Origin: Zygnema circumcarinatum SAG 698-1b
Lineage: Eukaryota > Plantae > Zygnematophyceae
Reading direction: 5' to 3'
DNA: 64,000 nucleotides
Assembly: GCA_037447605.1 (NCBI GenBank)
Contig: CM074808.1
Location: 2,232,001-2,296,000, forward strand
The translations under genes were made by a program, and so were the position numbers. This document shows positions 10,101 to 22,200 of the stretch, in pieces. The notes beneath the pieces were generated by a model. It saw nothing but the letters and a program-made list of their open reading frames with translations, was not told the DNA's origin and did not search any database. How positions within the stretch are numbered: the stretch's first letter is position 1; each line of letters begins with the position of its first letter.

Positions 10101-13100
10101 ATGGCGCTGTCCGCGTGGCGCTCCGGGGCGCTGCTGGGCCTTCCTCGCACGTGCGAGGCGCGAGTCCGGCGGGCTGTGCCCGCGCGCGTGACCTGCAGCG
10201 GTGATAGACTCGTGCAGTTCTCGCCCAACGACTTCGCGGTGGAGCGCCTGGTTGGGACCTACGGCTTCCTCAACGTTTCCAGGTCAGTATTTCAGTTTTT
10301 CAGAGAGCCGCTTGCTCCCCTGTGAGCCTGTCAATATGTGTATTCTCATAAGAGGCCGCTAATGCAGGCACAAGTAGTAACGCCGGAATGCTCGGTATTC
10401 TTTTGCTACTTTTTGCTGAGGAAGAAAGGTCTACGTGCTTGATATTACAAATCATTTGGAAATGTGTAAAGATAGAAGAAGTTTGAAGATATTAATCCTT
10501 TTATTTTAGATCATTTTTGGATTGGGGATGAATGCAAGATCGAAATTCTGAATTCTCCTTGTCCGTTTCTCAATCAATTTTATAAATTTTTTATTCAATT
10601 GAATCTTGCTACGCATAAAAGTGCTGTATAAGTTGATGAAGCCGGTACTGCAAAACCTTCTGTATATAGTTTAAAATGATGAATTAATGATTCCATTGAT
10701 TGTTTCATTTGAGTTCGTGAAGGAGGACACAATTTACGATCACCTGTTTTGATCATCCAAAAAAAAGAAAAAGAAAAGGGAAAAAAAAAACAAGTCAACT
10801 TTAAGTCAACTTTTTCATGGGAAAACTTGACTTATATGTTTAAGATACAGTCTTTCGTGAGTTGTCACATCTGAAGCAGCATTCTTTCTCACTTGAGATT
10901 AGTGTTTCGTACAGATTGGAACTATGTAGAATAACTGCCGTAGAATTATTGCTAATTTTTGCTGAAGTCTAGAAGATTGCTGGTGTAAGGAGAAGTAAAT
11001 ACAGTAGTAATCTTTGGTCGAGCTCACATCTTTCTGAACATCTCAACGACAAAGGCTTAAGGGATGTATTACATTCAACCCTCCGTAGTTCCGGGATTCT
11101 GCGCAATGCACCACTCTGTTGTTCAAGTCCTTACCTTGCTCGGCCTTTGCCAGAAATTGTTTGTACATGCACGACCGCTTTTGTTAGCGACACATGCAGT
11201 TCCATGCCTGTGTCTCATCTCGATGGTGAAGCGGAAAGGAACGTGCATCTTGGCATCTTGAATCTGGCCACATCCGCGATAATGACACGTTTCCACAAAA
11301 GTGCATTACGGTGGTCAAGCTGATTATGTGCAGAACTACTGGATCGACTACAGTCTGTGTTACTGAACGAAGGGTGTGGGAGGGTGGGGACTACATGCAG
11401 CATTACTCCAGGATCGTTGGCATCCGATGAAAGAGGTGCTAGCATGGATGACAACAAGGCAGCTGGTTACGACTTTCAAGAGCTGAACCGTATGTCGGGA
11501 ATGGAGGTGGGCTCCGGCTCGGTGCAGACTCGGTGGGCTTACCTTCCTTGGACAGCAATGTTTGACACTTGGACATTTCCTCATATGAATAGCCACGTGT
11601 GGTTTTTCCTTTTTCCCTAAATGAATTAACTGGATTTTTTATTTCTAGGCGTGGTAGTTTGTACCTTTCTTCTCCCGATGCAATAATGTATGGTTGTAGA
11701 TCCCTTATGGGCGGAGCAGAACTCGTAGTCCACCCAGCAGTCAACGCTGAGCACGTTATTTTTTCCGTATCTCATCTTTTTGTCAAAGGCCGATATTAGC
11801 AAGCAGGACAAACTTAAGCGGTCTTACAGCTGAGCAAAATTTTAGCGGAAGTCTTTGATTGCACGCATACCATATGACTTTTAATGGCTATACCGAGAAG
11901 GTTAATGTGATTTCTGTAACATAAATATATACGGGTTTTGCGACGAACTGTGAGATGTCTGATGAGGATTTCCTGGTCATTGCAGGGTGTATAAGGGACG
12001 GATAACGACACCGGGTAAGCGGCTTGGGACTCGAGTCCTTCTCAAGGTGAGCTCACATTGTTACATAGTCACTCGGCCCAATGGAGAGGATAGCTGCCAG
12101 CCCTTGGTGCTATGCTTCCTTACTAAAAACAAATTCAAACGCACTCTCCTTTCAAGATAATCGACCTTTCTTATTTATGGTTTTCCCGCAGCAAATGTGC
12201 TCATGTCTGGTTTATTTTTACACGGGTCCTTTTCTTTGTCAGGGGTAACTTGTTTGCAATGCAGTTCTAAATTGTAAAACGTGACTTATCCTGGTAGACA
12301 TTTGGAATGGTGTCGAATGACGTAAAACTGAAATTATTCTGGTGAGTTACGTGACAGGCATATCCTGGGCGGATAGGGGGAGGGTCCGACGCTGATGCCA
12401 TGGCTGCGAATGAGCTTGTGACGCATGCTATACTTCAAGAAACAGCGGTGAGAAAAAAATACTTGTTTCATAAGTTCTGTTAAAGAATCTGTCAATTTGA
12501 CCAACCTCCCTTTTGAATTTCATTGTCCTTCGCTTTCCTTGATCCTTTTAATAACCTGGATGAAGGGGATGAAATGTCGTTTTTTTTGGGTTTGCCTTCA
12601 TATGTTTGAACTTACCCCGTGCTTACAGGTTGAAGAATGTACATCACTATTCGGAAGTTGTTCTTTTGAGCTTAGGCAACAAGAGCAAGTCGTTGGTTGT
12701 TATTAAGTTTAGCCTTTTTTGGCAAATGTGCAGGATGACTCTGTCCAAATCAGCCCTAACATTTCAGTGCTGCTAGGAGGGTTCCAAAGCAATACGGGAG
12801 AGCAGGTAAGCGCTGCAATCCTCCTTTTTATTCTTCGAATCCAGATGATGCAATTTTTTTTAGTCTTCTTCAACCTATCTTCTTGTTCTCTAGCAAAATG
12901 TTTGAAATGGAAATGGATAGATAGATTAGATTAGATTAGATTAGTAGATTTGTCTATTTTCCACTTCGCAAAACTCTTTAGTGTTTCCAGTGTGCGTTTA
13001 GTATGGTCCTTTTATGTGGCGTGATTGTTTAGCGGATGTGTTCTCTTTCATGCTTTCAATCAAACTTTTCATTTGCTAAAAGACCTCGCAAAGAAAGCCG

Positions 13101-15702
13101 GCTTCTTTTCATCCATTTTTTAGGTTCTCTATCCTCCTCCTACTGTTGTTGGTATTGTTCCTATTGTTGTTTGTCCTGCTGCTTACACTTTTATCTTTGA
13201 AGCATTCCTCTACCTTATGTTTCCTTTGAAGCTTCAGTTAATAACCTCGTGTGGATAGTGAGATGAGGAGGACGGAGGGTGATAACTTGAAGCGAAGATG
13301 GTATTGTGGTGTTCGCAGTGGTTGGTCCTTCGTGATGATGGAATAATAACTGCCGCCGATTATGCACAAATGGCAGCAGCAGCCTCTGAGGCGGGGAAAG
13401 CTGTCGGAGAGTGGGAGTTTTGGGACCGGTTTGACCCAAACAGAACAATCCTTCGGCGGCAAAATTTCATCATTTATCTGCTTAGGGGCACTATGGAGGG
13501 CCTTGCTTTCATGCACTCCCGCGCTCGTCTCCACCAGAGCCTTGGCCCTGCCTCCGTCCTCCTCAAGTACTGGGCAAAACCCTAAAAACCCAAAACCCTA
13601 CACGCATGCCTTGCAAGTGCTCAGTTCAGATTTGACCCTTCACAAAACGAGGGCTAGGAGCTCTAAGCTTGCAGTTTGTAACTCAGCCTGGTTATCGGAA
13701 ATGATGGGTGATGGGGGAACAATAAATGAGGAAACGAGAGCGATGACTCATAGTGAGGGTGGGTGATGGGGGTGGTGGCTGTGGAGCAGTACCGCTGAAG
13801 AGCGCGAAGCACGGCGATTAGTGCCTCGCTTGCGGGACTTTGCGTTTTCTGTGGATATCAGGTGATCTCGTGCTTCTCTGTGCTTACTTGTCGAGGTGTA
13901 GAGCATGGTGCGTGCCTGATACGAATGTCCACAAACCCAGTGCTAATTTGCTTGCATTGGTCCTAATGGACAACCTGCCTTCAGACGCAAAGCAATTTCA
14001 AGTGAATTCACGGTTCAAGCGCTGGGCAACGCGCTGATCCCGGACTGTGAGGTGGTGTGTTGTGTGCCATGAAGCGGTGGGCGCTGAGGGCATGACATGG
14101 CAGCGATGCGGCTCTGTTTGGAGGCGGCGCCGCGGCGGGACTGGCGGAGGGGCTGTGGAGGAGGGCAGCCGCTGCAGGGGCGCGGCTGCCCATGGAACGG
14201 AAAGCGTTTGCGATTGCAGATGACATGTGGGTGACAATGTGTGTGTACATGTGTACATGCTTGAAGGGTTTTCACAGTGGGCTGGCTTATGACTTAAGGG
14301 TTCGACTGGCGACCAACTCTAGAAACAGGATAGGATATAGGTGGCGATGCAACGTTTGTGGATGTACTGAATCACCTACTTGCAGCATTGCTTTTTGAGA
14401 TTTTCCGTGCAGCACTTATTTTTTGGATTCCTTTGTTTTCTTTGTGGTGTTTGCGGCTGCCATGTCAAGAGTGTACTATCTTTGCGGTCTTCTGGGAATC
14501 TTGTGCGGGGCATGTGGCATCAGACGATGAGTATGTTCTGTGGTGCTGGGCTCCTGTGATGTGTTGCCAGATATGCAGCAGGCTTGCTGGTCGCATACCT
14601 CGCCTTTGTACCCTTGTGCAAGCCCGGCAGCATTGATGGCCCCTCCCTTCAGGTGGGCAATTCGCAAATGCTTGGGTCGTCCATGCGATAATTGTTGCTT
14701 GAATGCTTCGTGTGTGGGAGCGCGTTGTGATATATTCCTGGTGGCTCCGACTACGTGAATCCGCTGTTGTGGCCTGTCAAAACTGACTTCTTGCCCCCAA
14801 ATTGCTAGTATACATCCATTTGCGATACCAGCAGGAGGGTTTTTAGGGCACCTATTTTTTTGGCTCCTTTTGTGCCTTTCCTTTCCGGCTTGTCACCTTT
14901 GTTGTTTCTATTGTGTTGACATCAGTCGCTGCTTTGTGCCACAGACGGTTGTGCTTAGTCACTACCTGTTTTGTTATTTCTTGGCATAAAATTAACTGGG
15001 GCCTGCTTGTTTATGTGGGTGCACGAGGAACCCAATTCAGCGATTGTTAGAGACGACCTTCCGCCTTGATCTGCGGGCGGCGAGAGAGTAAGCAGCTTCT
15101 TCCATTGCAAAGATGTTTGAAGACAGACAACGATAACGGAATTGTTAGCTGCCCTTTGGATGAACTTCAGCTGATGCTTTCTTGTGGTTGAGACCCATCA
15201 TGTCACCCGAATGTACAGAAGTGATTGGTATGCATTGCGATTTTGCACTATTTTTAAGCACAAAATACTATGTGGAAGCGAAGAGAATTTTTGAAGTGTG
15301 GTACATGTTGGCCCAATTTGGTTTTCCAAGATTCCTTCTTCAGCTTCTGCTGGACGAACGTTGGCTACTGGGTTTCAGGTACTGTGCCGCAGATGATCGG
15401 TGGACTGCTGCCGTCGAGTTTCTGGACCGGAGAGACGGAGCAGGGTGGGATCTGCTGCAGGTGCGTCGCATCATGGAACTTTGTCTCTTCACGCTTTTGC
15501 AATAGAACGTCTGCCATGAAAGTCCACCCTTGGTATTTTTGAATGTCGAGACGGCTTTCATGAAAGGTGGTGATCGAACACTGAACTCAGGCGAGACATG
15601 CAACGCTTGTTGATGCAGGCAATGCTGAATCCGGAATACCGACTGAGGCCAACTGCAGCGGGCGTTCTGAACCACCCCTTTTTGAGCTTGAGCAGCGCTT
15701 GA
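10101..15702 (+). CDS. STN7/STN8-related protein kinase-fold protein, probable plastid-targeted pseudokinase, multi-exon
   Basis: Transit-peptide-like start [16 protein letters not shown]. Exons: [20 protein letters not shown]|AYPG..MAANEL (~11985-12448), [26 protein letters not shown] (~13318-13569), [18 protein letters not shown]|[42 protein letters not shown]|[22 protein letters not shown] ending at 15702. Confidence 0.8.
10622..10758 (-). pseudogene. nad7: NUMT: fragment of mitochondrial NADH dehydrogenase subunit 7 inside intron 1 of the kinase-like gene
   Basis: Minus strand reads [45 protein letters not shown], the highly conserved nad7/49-kDa segment. AT-rich codon usage, no introns, truncated at both ends. 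Confidence 0.9.
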
Positions 15703-16834
15703 TGCCAATCTAGTGGAGGCAGTTTCTCTGAGTTTTTTCCTTGGCGGTTTACGGATGCATTCGACGGTGTCCCGCTCACTTCTCCATGCCTTATCTTGTC
15801 TGTTCCATGTTTTTAAATGGAGGAACAAGCTTACCTGTACATTGGAAAGGTTGAAACTAGCATATTACAAGTGTTTCGGTTTCAAGGCTCTACTTTGCTC
15901 GTTGTGCGGAGGTTCCAACGATCAGGGCCGTTGTGTTATGAAGGCCAGATGTCTATACCTGCACATAAAGGCGGGGCTGTCTGCCGCTCTTGCATCCTCT
16001 TGAGTTCTTAGATGAGCCGGTGATAATGTCGTTTAGAGAAGCGTACAATTGAAGGAAGAAAAGTCTGCCGTCGTGCATATGCTTCAATTGCGCAGCATGT
16101 TGGCAAAAGCTGAAATCTTGAGAACAATCGCCTTACATCACTGATGCGAAGTTAGCACCTTGTTGTATTGTAGTATTAGTTTCTCTTCTCCAAATATTTT
16201 GATACTCGGGGATGATCAATTTCTCAGCCCTACTCAGGCTCTGGGAATGGAAAACAAGCTGGCATTGATCTGACGTTGGTGAGGCCATCAAGTGTACATG
16301 ACAAAGACAAGATGTAGAACCAGGGGGAACCGGTCACCGACGACCTGGGAAGGAATGGGAGTATTTTTTCAGCTTTTTTTTTTTTTTTAATCTCAGGAAT
16401 TGATCGAATACTCGAACGCTTTTGTTCTTCCTTTTCATTGGTGACTGATCGTGAAAAACGCCGTTGAACCACGACCTAATAAAGCAAAACTACGAATGGA
16501 TGGCGATTGCCTTTTCAAATCAAGCGTGTGCGCAGCCTGTCCCGCAGTTTCCTTTTCGAATCCAGGCGCCAAGCACCAGATTATTTCAAACCTAGGTGAA
16601 GGGTTGTCAAGATGTCCTAATCTTTTCGCAGAAGAAATTGGCGTCCTCCAACTCCATAGCAGGGACCGTTTTACAAGTGTGAAGCTTCCCTTTGTCAATC
16701 GCTCCAAGCATTCATTAAGCATTTGAACCGTCCATTGAAGGATTTCTCTGCACCAATGAGGATGCTTGCTGCCGGACGACGCAAGTGAATGTCACAACAG
16801 CAACATTACAACTACTATACACTACATACAGGAC

Positions 16835-17110
16835 TCATCGAATGAATTTAAAGGCCTCCGGAAGGTGTCCTTTGCTAAGCTGCCTCACCGCCGTCTCAGC
16901 GGCATATATGAGCTCCCTGATATTATCCACAGAACGTTCCCGCGCTCCGAGCTCAAACAAAACCCTCGCCTCTTTCTTCTTCGTTTCTCGCGCAGCCAGG
17001 CCAAGCCCCGCCACCCCTCCGTTCAGCTCCCGCAGGATGCGGCGGTAAAGCCGCAGCACCGTCGGCCTCGTCTGCCTGCAAACCTCCTCCGTCAGCCATA
17101 TCGGCGCCAT
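16835..17110 (-). CDS. Complex I LYR-motif family protein, single exon, 91 aa
   Basis: MAPIWLTEEVCRQTRPTVLRLYRRILREL..KKKEARVLFELGARERSVDNIRELI: LYR tripeptide plus the downstream Phe typical of LYRM proteins. Confidence 0.85.
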   Translation of the reverse strand: MAPIWLTEEVCRQTRPTVLRLYRRILRELNGGVAGLGLAARETKKKEARVLFELGARERSVDNIRELIYAAETAVRQLSKGHLPEAFKFIR

Positions 17111-17610
17111 GGCCACACTCTCCACAGCTTCCCCACCCCTCCCCGCTCCCTGGCCCCGCAAATATCGCAAAAAGCACGATGTATTGCGGAAAAGATATAT
17201 CGACCATACCGCGGAGACATACGATACTGCGCGCTGGTGGTAGGGGCTGAAGCCCTATCTCGGAAGCCTCGCCAAAGATGGATCCTGACCGTTGGATAAT
17301 CACGTGCGAAATTAACATTTTACGGCCGTTGGATATGTCACAATTCCACACTTGCGGTGCTGACCGTCGGATAGCAGCAAGTGCGAGACTGCCTGTTGTT
17401 ACCGCCCGGGATTTCGTTTTAGGAACTTCGGGCCACCGTGCAAGATGTACGGCAGATCCATGGACGCAGTTGCACTGCCCGTAGGACTGCTGCTGCTTCC
17501 CTGTAGTTAGGGTTTGCGCCGGAAGGCGGGCGGCACCGGGCCGTACGGTCAGGGCAGGCGCGTTTTGGTTCAACCTCGTGCGCTCGAGGGGAGGGACGCC
17601 GGGCGCGGCC
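17111..17610. promoter_or_regulatory. Bidirectional promoter between the LYR and OXLD1-like genes, with MSA-like sites and a telo-box
   Basis: Divergent ATGs at 17110 (-) and 17611 (+). ACCGTTGGA at 17288-17296, GCCGTTGGA at 17325-17333, ACCGTCGGA at 17373-17381; TTAGGGTTT (telo-box) at 17507-17515. Confidence 0.5.
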
Positions 17611-17856
17611 ATGGCGGGCGAGGGCGGGGGCCTGCCGCCTCCGGAGAAGCCACTGCCCGACGATTGCTGCGGTGGAGGGTGCTCTCCCTGTGTGTGGGAT
17701 ACATACTACGAGCAGCTCGAAGCGTATGAGCGCCGCGTGGCAGCACGGGAGGCTGAGCAGTTGGAAGAGCAGACGAGGAATGCTGCCTCTGAAGGAAATG
17801 TAAAGGGAAGGCTTGAATGCGATGCTCTATCGACTGAGCAGGAAAATCGTTTATGA
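17611..17856 (+). CDS. Oxidoreductase-like domain protein (OXLD1-like), single exon, 81 aa
   Basis: MAGEGGGLPPPEKPLPDDCCGGGCSPCVWDTYYEQLEAYE matches the P-x-x-P-x-x-CCGSGC-x-x-CVW-x-Y signature of the Oxidored-like domain. Confidence 0.88.
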   Translation: MAGEGGGLPPPEKPLPDDCCGGGCSPCVWDTYYEQLEAYERRVAAREAEQLEEQTRNAASEGNVKGRLECDALSTEQENRL

Positions 17857-18551
17857 AAGTCATGGCATTCGGACACGATTTCTTTCGCAGAACTTGCTTT
17901 TTGCCAGGCATCCAATTCTGAGAAAAGAAATAACATCTTGTCCATATCTTTTCTACGAAACATGTAGCTGTAGAGGCATGCAGCCTGTAGGATCAAGACT
18001 AATTATAATCTACATTGTCTCTTGCGAAAGTATTTTCTTCCGACATTGTCGGCATCCACTAGAGAAACTTGACCAAGTATTGGCTGCACCATTTCCATCT
18101 CTTTCAGTTGCAATCGATAGAGGAAGAACTCGCCAACATCCGCCGCGCACAAAAGCGTTTGTTATCTTATCTATGTAGCGGCTTTGGCTGCTGCGGCTGC
18201 TTTTGCTCTCCTATCTTTCCTCTCCTTCCACCTTGAAACACTCGTCCAGGCACTCCGCATGTGCTCGCTTCCTGGGATGAGTTGCGGTACTGCTATTGTC
18301 TTCCAGAGAACAAGTGTCCTTTGGGAAATTTCACTTTGAGCGTATTGTTTCCAACATGTGAAGCCACAACTCAAATGCCCACAGACTTACCGCTTTACGA
18401 GCGGAGGTCAAGCGCCTCCTAAACGACAGGAGGCGCTGCTTTGCCCACTTTCATGCTCCAGCAACTTTTGCGGGACAAAAAATTTCAGACCTTATTGCTA
18501 TAGAATTTCTGCCAATTTAAGAAATCCCGAACCCTCGCTGCTATTTTGCCT

Positions 18552-19455
18552 TACGGATTTGTCAAACAAACTGAATGTTGGTGACTCGCAAAATATCAAG
18601 CCTCTACAAGAGTTCGACGAAAGCCCGAAAACACACGACTGGTTGAATAAAATTGAAGAATGCTGGTCTCACAATTCGCTCTCACATGTACAGATTGCAT
18701 ATCAGACATCACCAAGACGGCTTCGGGTCGAGACCAGCCTGCGAGCAACCGCTCTTATTCAAACAACATCAAGCACAGGAGCTACAAACAATGAGTAAAA
18801 GGCAGCAGCGTATATTTAATGGAGAGGGAGAGGGCTTCAGCCAGAAACCTTTCTCGCTGCAGCAAATGCTCATAGGCACAGTGGACCCAATGCTGTTCAG
18901 CATACATGATCAACCATTTTGATAATTTTAGTGCCACAAAAACGGAAGGACCACATATGGGAGGCAGGAGATCTTCAAATCAACCCGTATGCAGTGTCCA
19001 GCACGAGTCCGCGGTAAACTTCCAATTCATCAACACAAGTTTCACCAGCAGAAGTGGTACAATACATAAAATGGAACTTTCAGATGTATATATTCTTCAT
19101 GTCCCATTCATACGATTTCCATTCATTCTCATCATACTCTACACATTCTCTCGTTTCCTACTTCCCTTCTGTCCTCTCCTCTCTTTCCTCTCTCCATTCC
19201 CCTGGGGAAGGGGAAGGGAGGTGGAGGGGAAGGGGAGGGGGGAAGGGGAGGGGAAGGGGAGGGGAAGGGGAGGGAAAGGGGAGGGGGAAAGGGAAGGGAA
19301 AGGGGAGGGGAAGGGGAGGGGAAGGTGAGGGAAAGGGGAGGGGGGGGAGGGGAGGGGAAGGTGAGGGGAAGGGGAGGGGAAGGGGAAGGGAAGGTGAGGG
19401 GAAGGGGAGGGGAAAGGGAAGGGAAGGGGAGGGGAAGGGGAGGGTTAGGGTTAGG
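18552..19455. repeat. Copy 1 of a local duplication: ~650 bp of unique sequence plus a GGGGAA/GGGGAG polypurine tract
   Basis: ACGGATTT(G/A)TCAAACAAACTGAATGTTGG..CTCTCCATTCCC recurs at 20521-21172 with scattered substitutions. Confidence 0.9.
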
Positions 19456-20520
19456 AAGCTGAAAGGCGTCTTCTTCTGCCTGGGGAGGGGAGGAGAGCAG
19501 AAAGAAAGAATTATGGGCAAATTATGGAACAAGGAGAGGACAAGATCTGGCTGCTTTGCAAAACCAGCATGAGCATGAACACACCAAAGAGGTGCTGCAA
19601 AAAACCGGCAGAGATAGAGCCACCCAACAGGAAAAGAAAAACACTTTTGTTCTTATGAAAGAAATACAATTGAGGACAACGCTCATAAACCAACGCGACG
19701 ACTGCACGACATTTCCTGCGACGCTTTATTGCACTCTCATTGAAAAAAAATCAACTGAAAAATGAAAATTGAAAAATGTTGGTCAGCGAGTTCCATGTTT
19801 AGCTACACTCTTGAACTGCACTTTGAAATTGAGCAACGATGGAAACTGCAAACATAATGATGTTGCAGCAAAAAAATCGCACTCAATCTCCCAAAGTCTG
19901 AGCAAACTAAACTGAAACTGAANNNNNNNNNNNNNNNNNNNNNNNNNNNNNNNNNNNNNNNNNNNNNNNNNNNNNNNNNNNNNNNNNNNNNNNNNNNNNN
20001 NNNNNNNNNNNNNNNNNNNNNNTCGATATTGAGCCACGTGTCTATTTGGTTGTTGACAAAGTTCCATCGTCGGATCGCAGTTCGCGCACGCACTGAAGGG
20101 GGGCCGCATCTGGTCGTCATTGCGTTATTTATAGTGGGCCATCTTTGACAGTAGAATGGGAAATTTCAATGCCAGTTCTTATACTGTGCACATGCGCAGT
20201 CCCAGCTACAGTCGTTCGCCGTAAAGCCTTTTACGGAACTGTGTGGCAAAGAGCGTAGATTCGTCAAGGAGCCCTCGTTCCCTCTCCCGGGAAACCATTA
20301 GCGCTTGAGCGGGACCTTTTTTTTTTCAGGTCTGATAGCTGACCATTCCTGTCGCTCCCTTGCACCTGCGACCGATGCTTGCCCGGCTTTTGGGGCGGCC
20401 GCTGGTCCGAAGATAGGAAAAGCCTCGAAGAGGAAAAAAGAGAAACTCGCAAACAAGGCATTCAAATGGTGGACCGGAAGCTCAAGAAGTTAAAAAGGAC
20501 ATTATTCTCAAAGACTTCAA

Positions 20521-21265
20521 TACGGATTTATCAAACAAACTGAATGTTGGTGACTCGCAAAATATCAAGCCTCTACAAGAGTTCGACGAGAGCCCGAAAA
20601 CACACGACTGGTTGAATAGAAGTGAAGAATGCTGGTCTCACAATTCGCTCTCACATGTACAGATTGCATATTAGACATCACCAAGACGGCTTTTGGTCGA
20701 GATCAGCCTGCCAGCAACCGGTCTTATTCAAACAAAATCAAGCACAGGAGCTACAAACAATGAGTAAAGGCAGCAGCGTAGATTTAATGGAAAGGGAAAG
20801 GGCTTCAGCCAGAAAACTTTCTCGCTGCAGCAAATGCTCATAGGCACAGTGGACCCAATGCTGTCCAGCATACATGATCAACCATTTTGATAATTTTAGT
20901 GCCAAAAAAACGGAAGGACCACATATGGGAGGCAGGAGATCTTCAAATCAACCCGTATGCAGTGTCCAGCACGAGTCCGCGGTAAACTTCCAATTCATCA
21001 ACACAAGTTTCACCAGCAGAAGTGGTACAATACATAAAATGGAACTTTCAGATGTATATATTCTTCATGTCCCATTCATACGATTTCCATTCATTCTCAT
21101 CATCCTCTACACATTCTCTATTTTCCTACTTCCCTTCTGTCCTGTCCTCTCTTTCCTCTCTCCATTCCCCTGGGGAAGGGGAAGGGGAGGGGGGAAGGGG
21201 AGGGGAAGGGGAGGGGAATGGGAGGGGGAAAGGGAAGGGGAAGGAGAGGGGAAGGGGAGGGGAGA
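20521..21265. repeat. Copy 2 of the local duplication
   Basis: Near-identical to 18552-19300; separated from copy 1 by a 100-N gap. Confidence 0.9.
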
Positions 21266-22200
21266 AATTCGTGTTTGATAAGTTTGCCTGCCACTTCCAT
21301 CCATGATCACATCATCCTTGACAAAGACGACGACTTCCATTGAAGAAATAAAAAGTGGGAGCAATTCACTGACTATCTAACAAAGGTCATTCCTTGAATG
21401 GGTCCCAAACGATATCGCCACAGCTACAGCTACTGCTAAGGATTTTAAAAGCGTTTATGCTTGACTCTGAAAATCTCGTCACGTTTTACCCACAAGCCCC
21501 CTATGCCAAACCCGGCGAGCAGCATGGCCACGTACCACCACCACTCGGTTGGTGCCTCCTGCACACACACAACCAAATAGGCGATACAAAAATTAGCCCA
21601 ACCAGCAAAGCGAATCTTAACAGGGCAAATGCTGCAGTGCCGTGATTGATGAGAGAGTTAGGTGCACAGCAACACTCCTGATTTTGCGTAGCTTAAGAGA
21701 AATAGTAATGCTGAACGCCCGTTTCACTGCCCCAGCTTGACAGGCTCAGGCCAACTATTGTGTTGTAGGTGGAACCCTTGAGTGAAGGATTCCGCCTACA
21801 ACTCGAGATGCTTTTTATTCTAGACATAAAACAGGACTGGGCCTGTCTTCAGCTACAAATGAGAGAGCGGTTGGATCTGCAGATCAAACGAGACGACGTT
21901 GATGAATGGTGAAAACTGACGGCGCATGAAATCCAATGCTGTAACTGAAACAGACAAGGCAAGTCATAGACTAGGCATTGGAGTCTACTGCTGCATGGCA
22001 AGGCAAATGCAGGAATGGACATAAGGTTGACAAGACAAATGAGAACACTGGGGATCTTCATAGAGTCTCTAAATTATGGGCCACCAACAACAAATGACTC
22101 CTGAACTGCAATCGACATGGATGATAGCTCTTCAAATGGACAACAAAGCAAGCTTCTTGCGACGTACAATAAACAGTACGCCCAGTACGCCCATTCACAA

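Noticed and set aside
10622-10758. Exon of a functional nuclear-transferred nad7 gene
   Set aside because: No AG acceptor or GT donor at its borders, no other nad7 exons in the window, organellar codon bias, and antisense within another gene's intron.
19054-19572. Gly/Glu/Lys/Arg-rich ORFs here and at 1680-2267, 7858-8229 and 9899-10204
   Set aside because: These are stop-free readings of polypurine or simple-sequence repeats, some crossing N gaps, with no domain signal.
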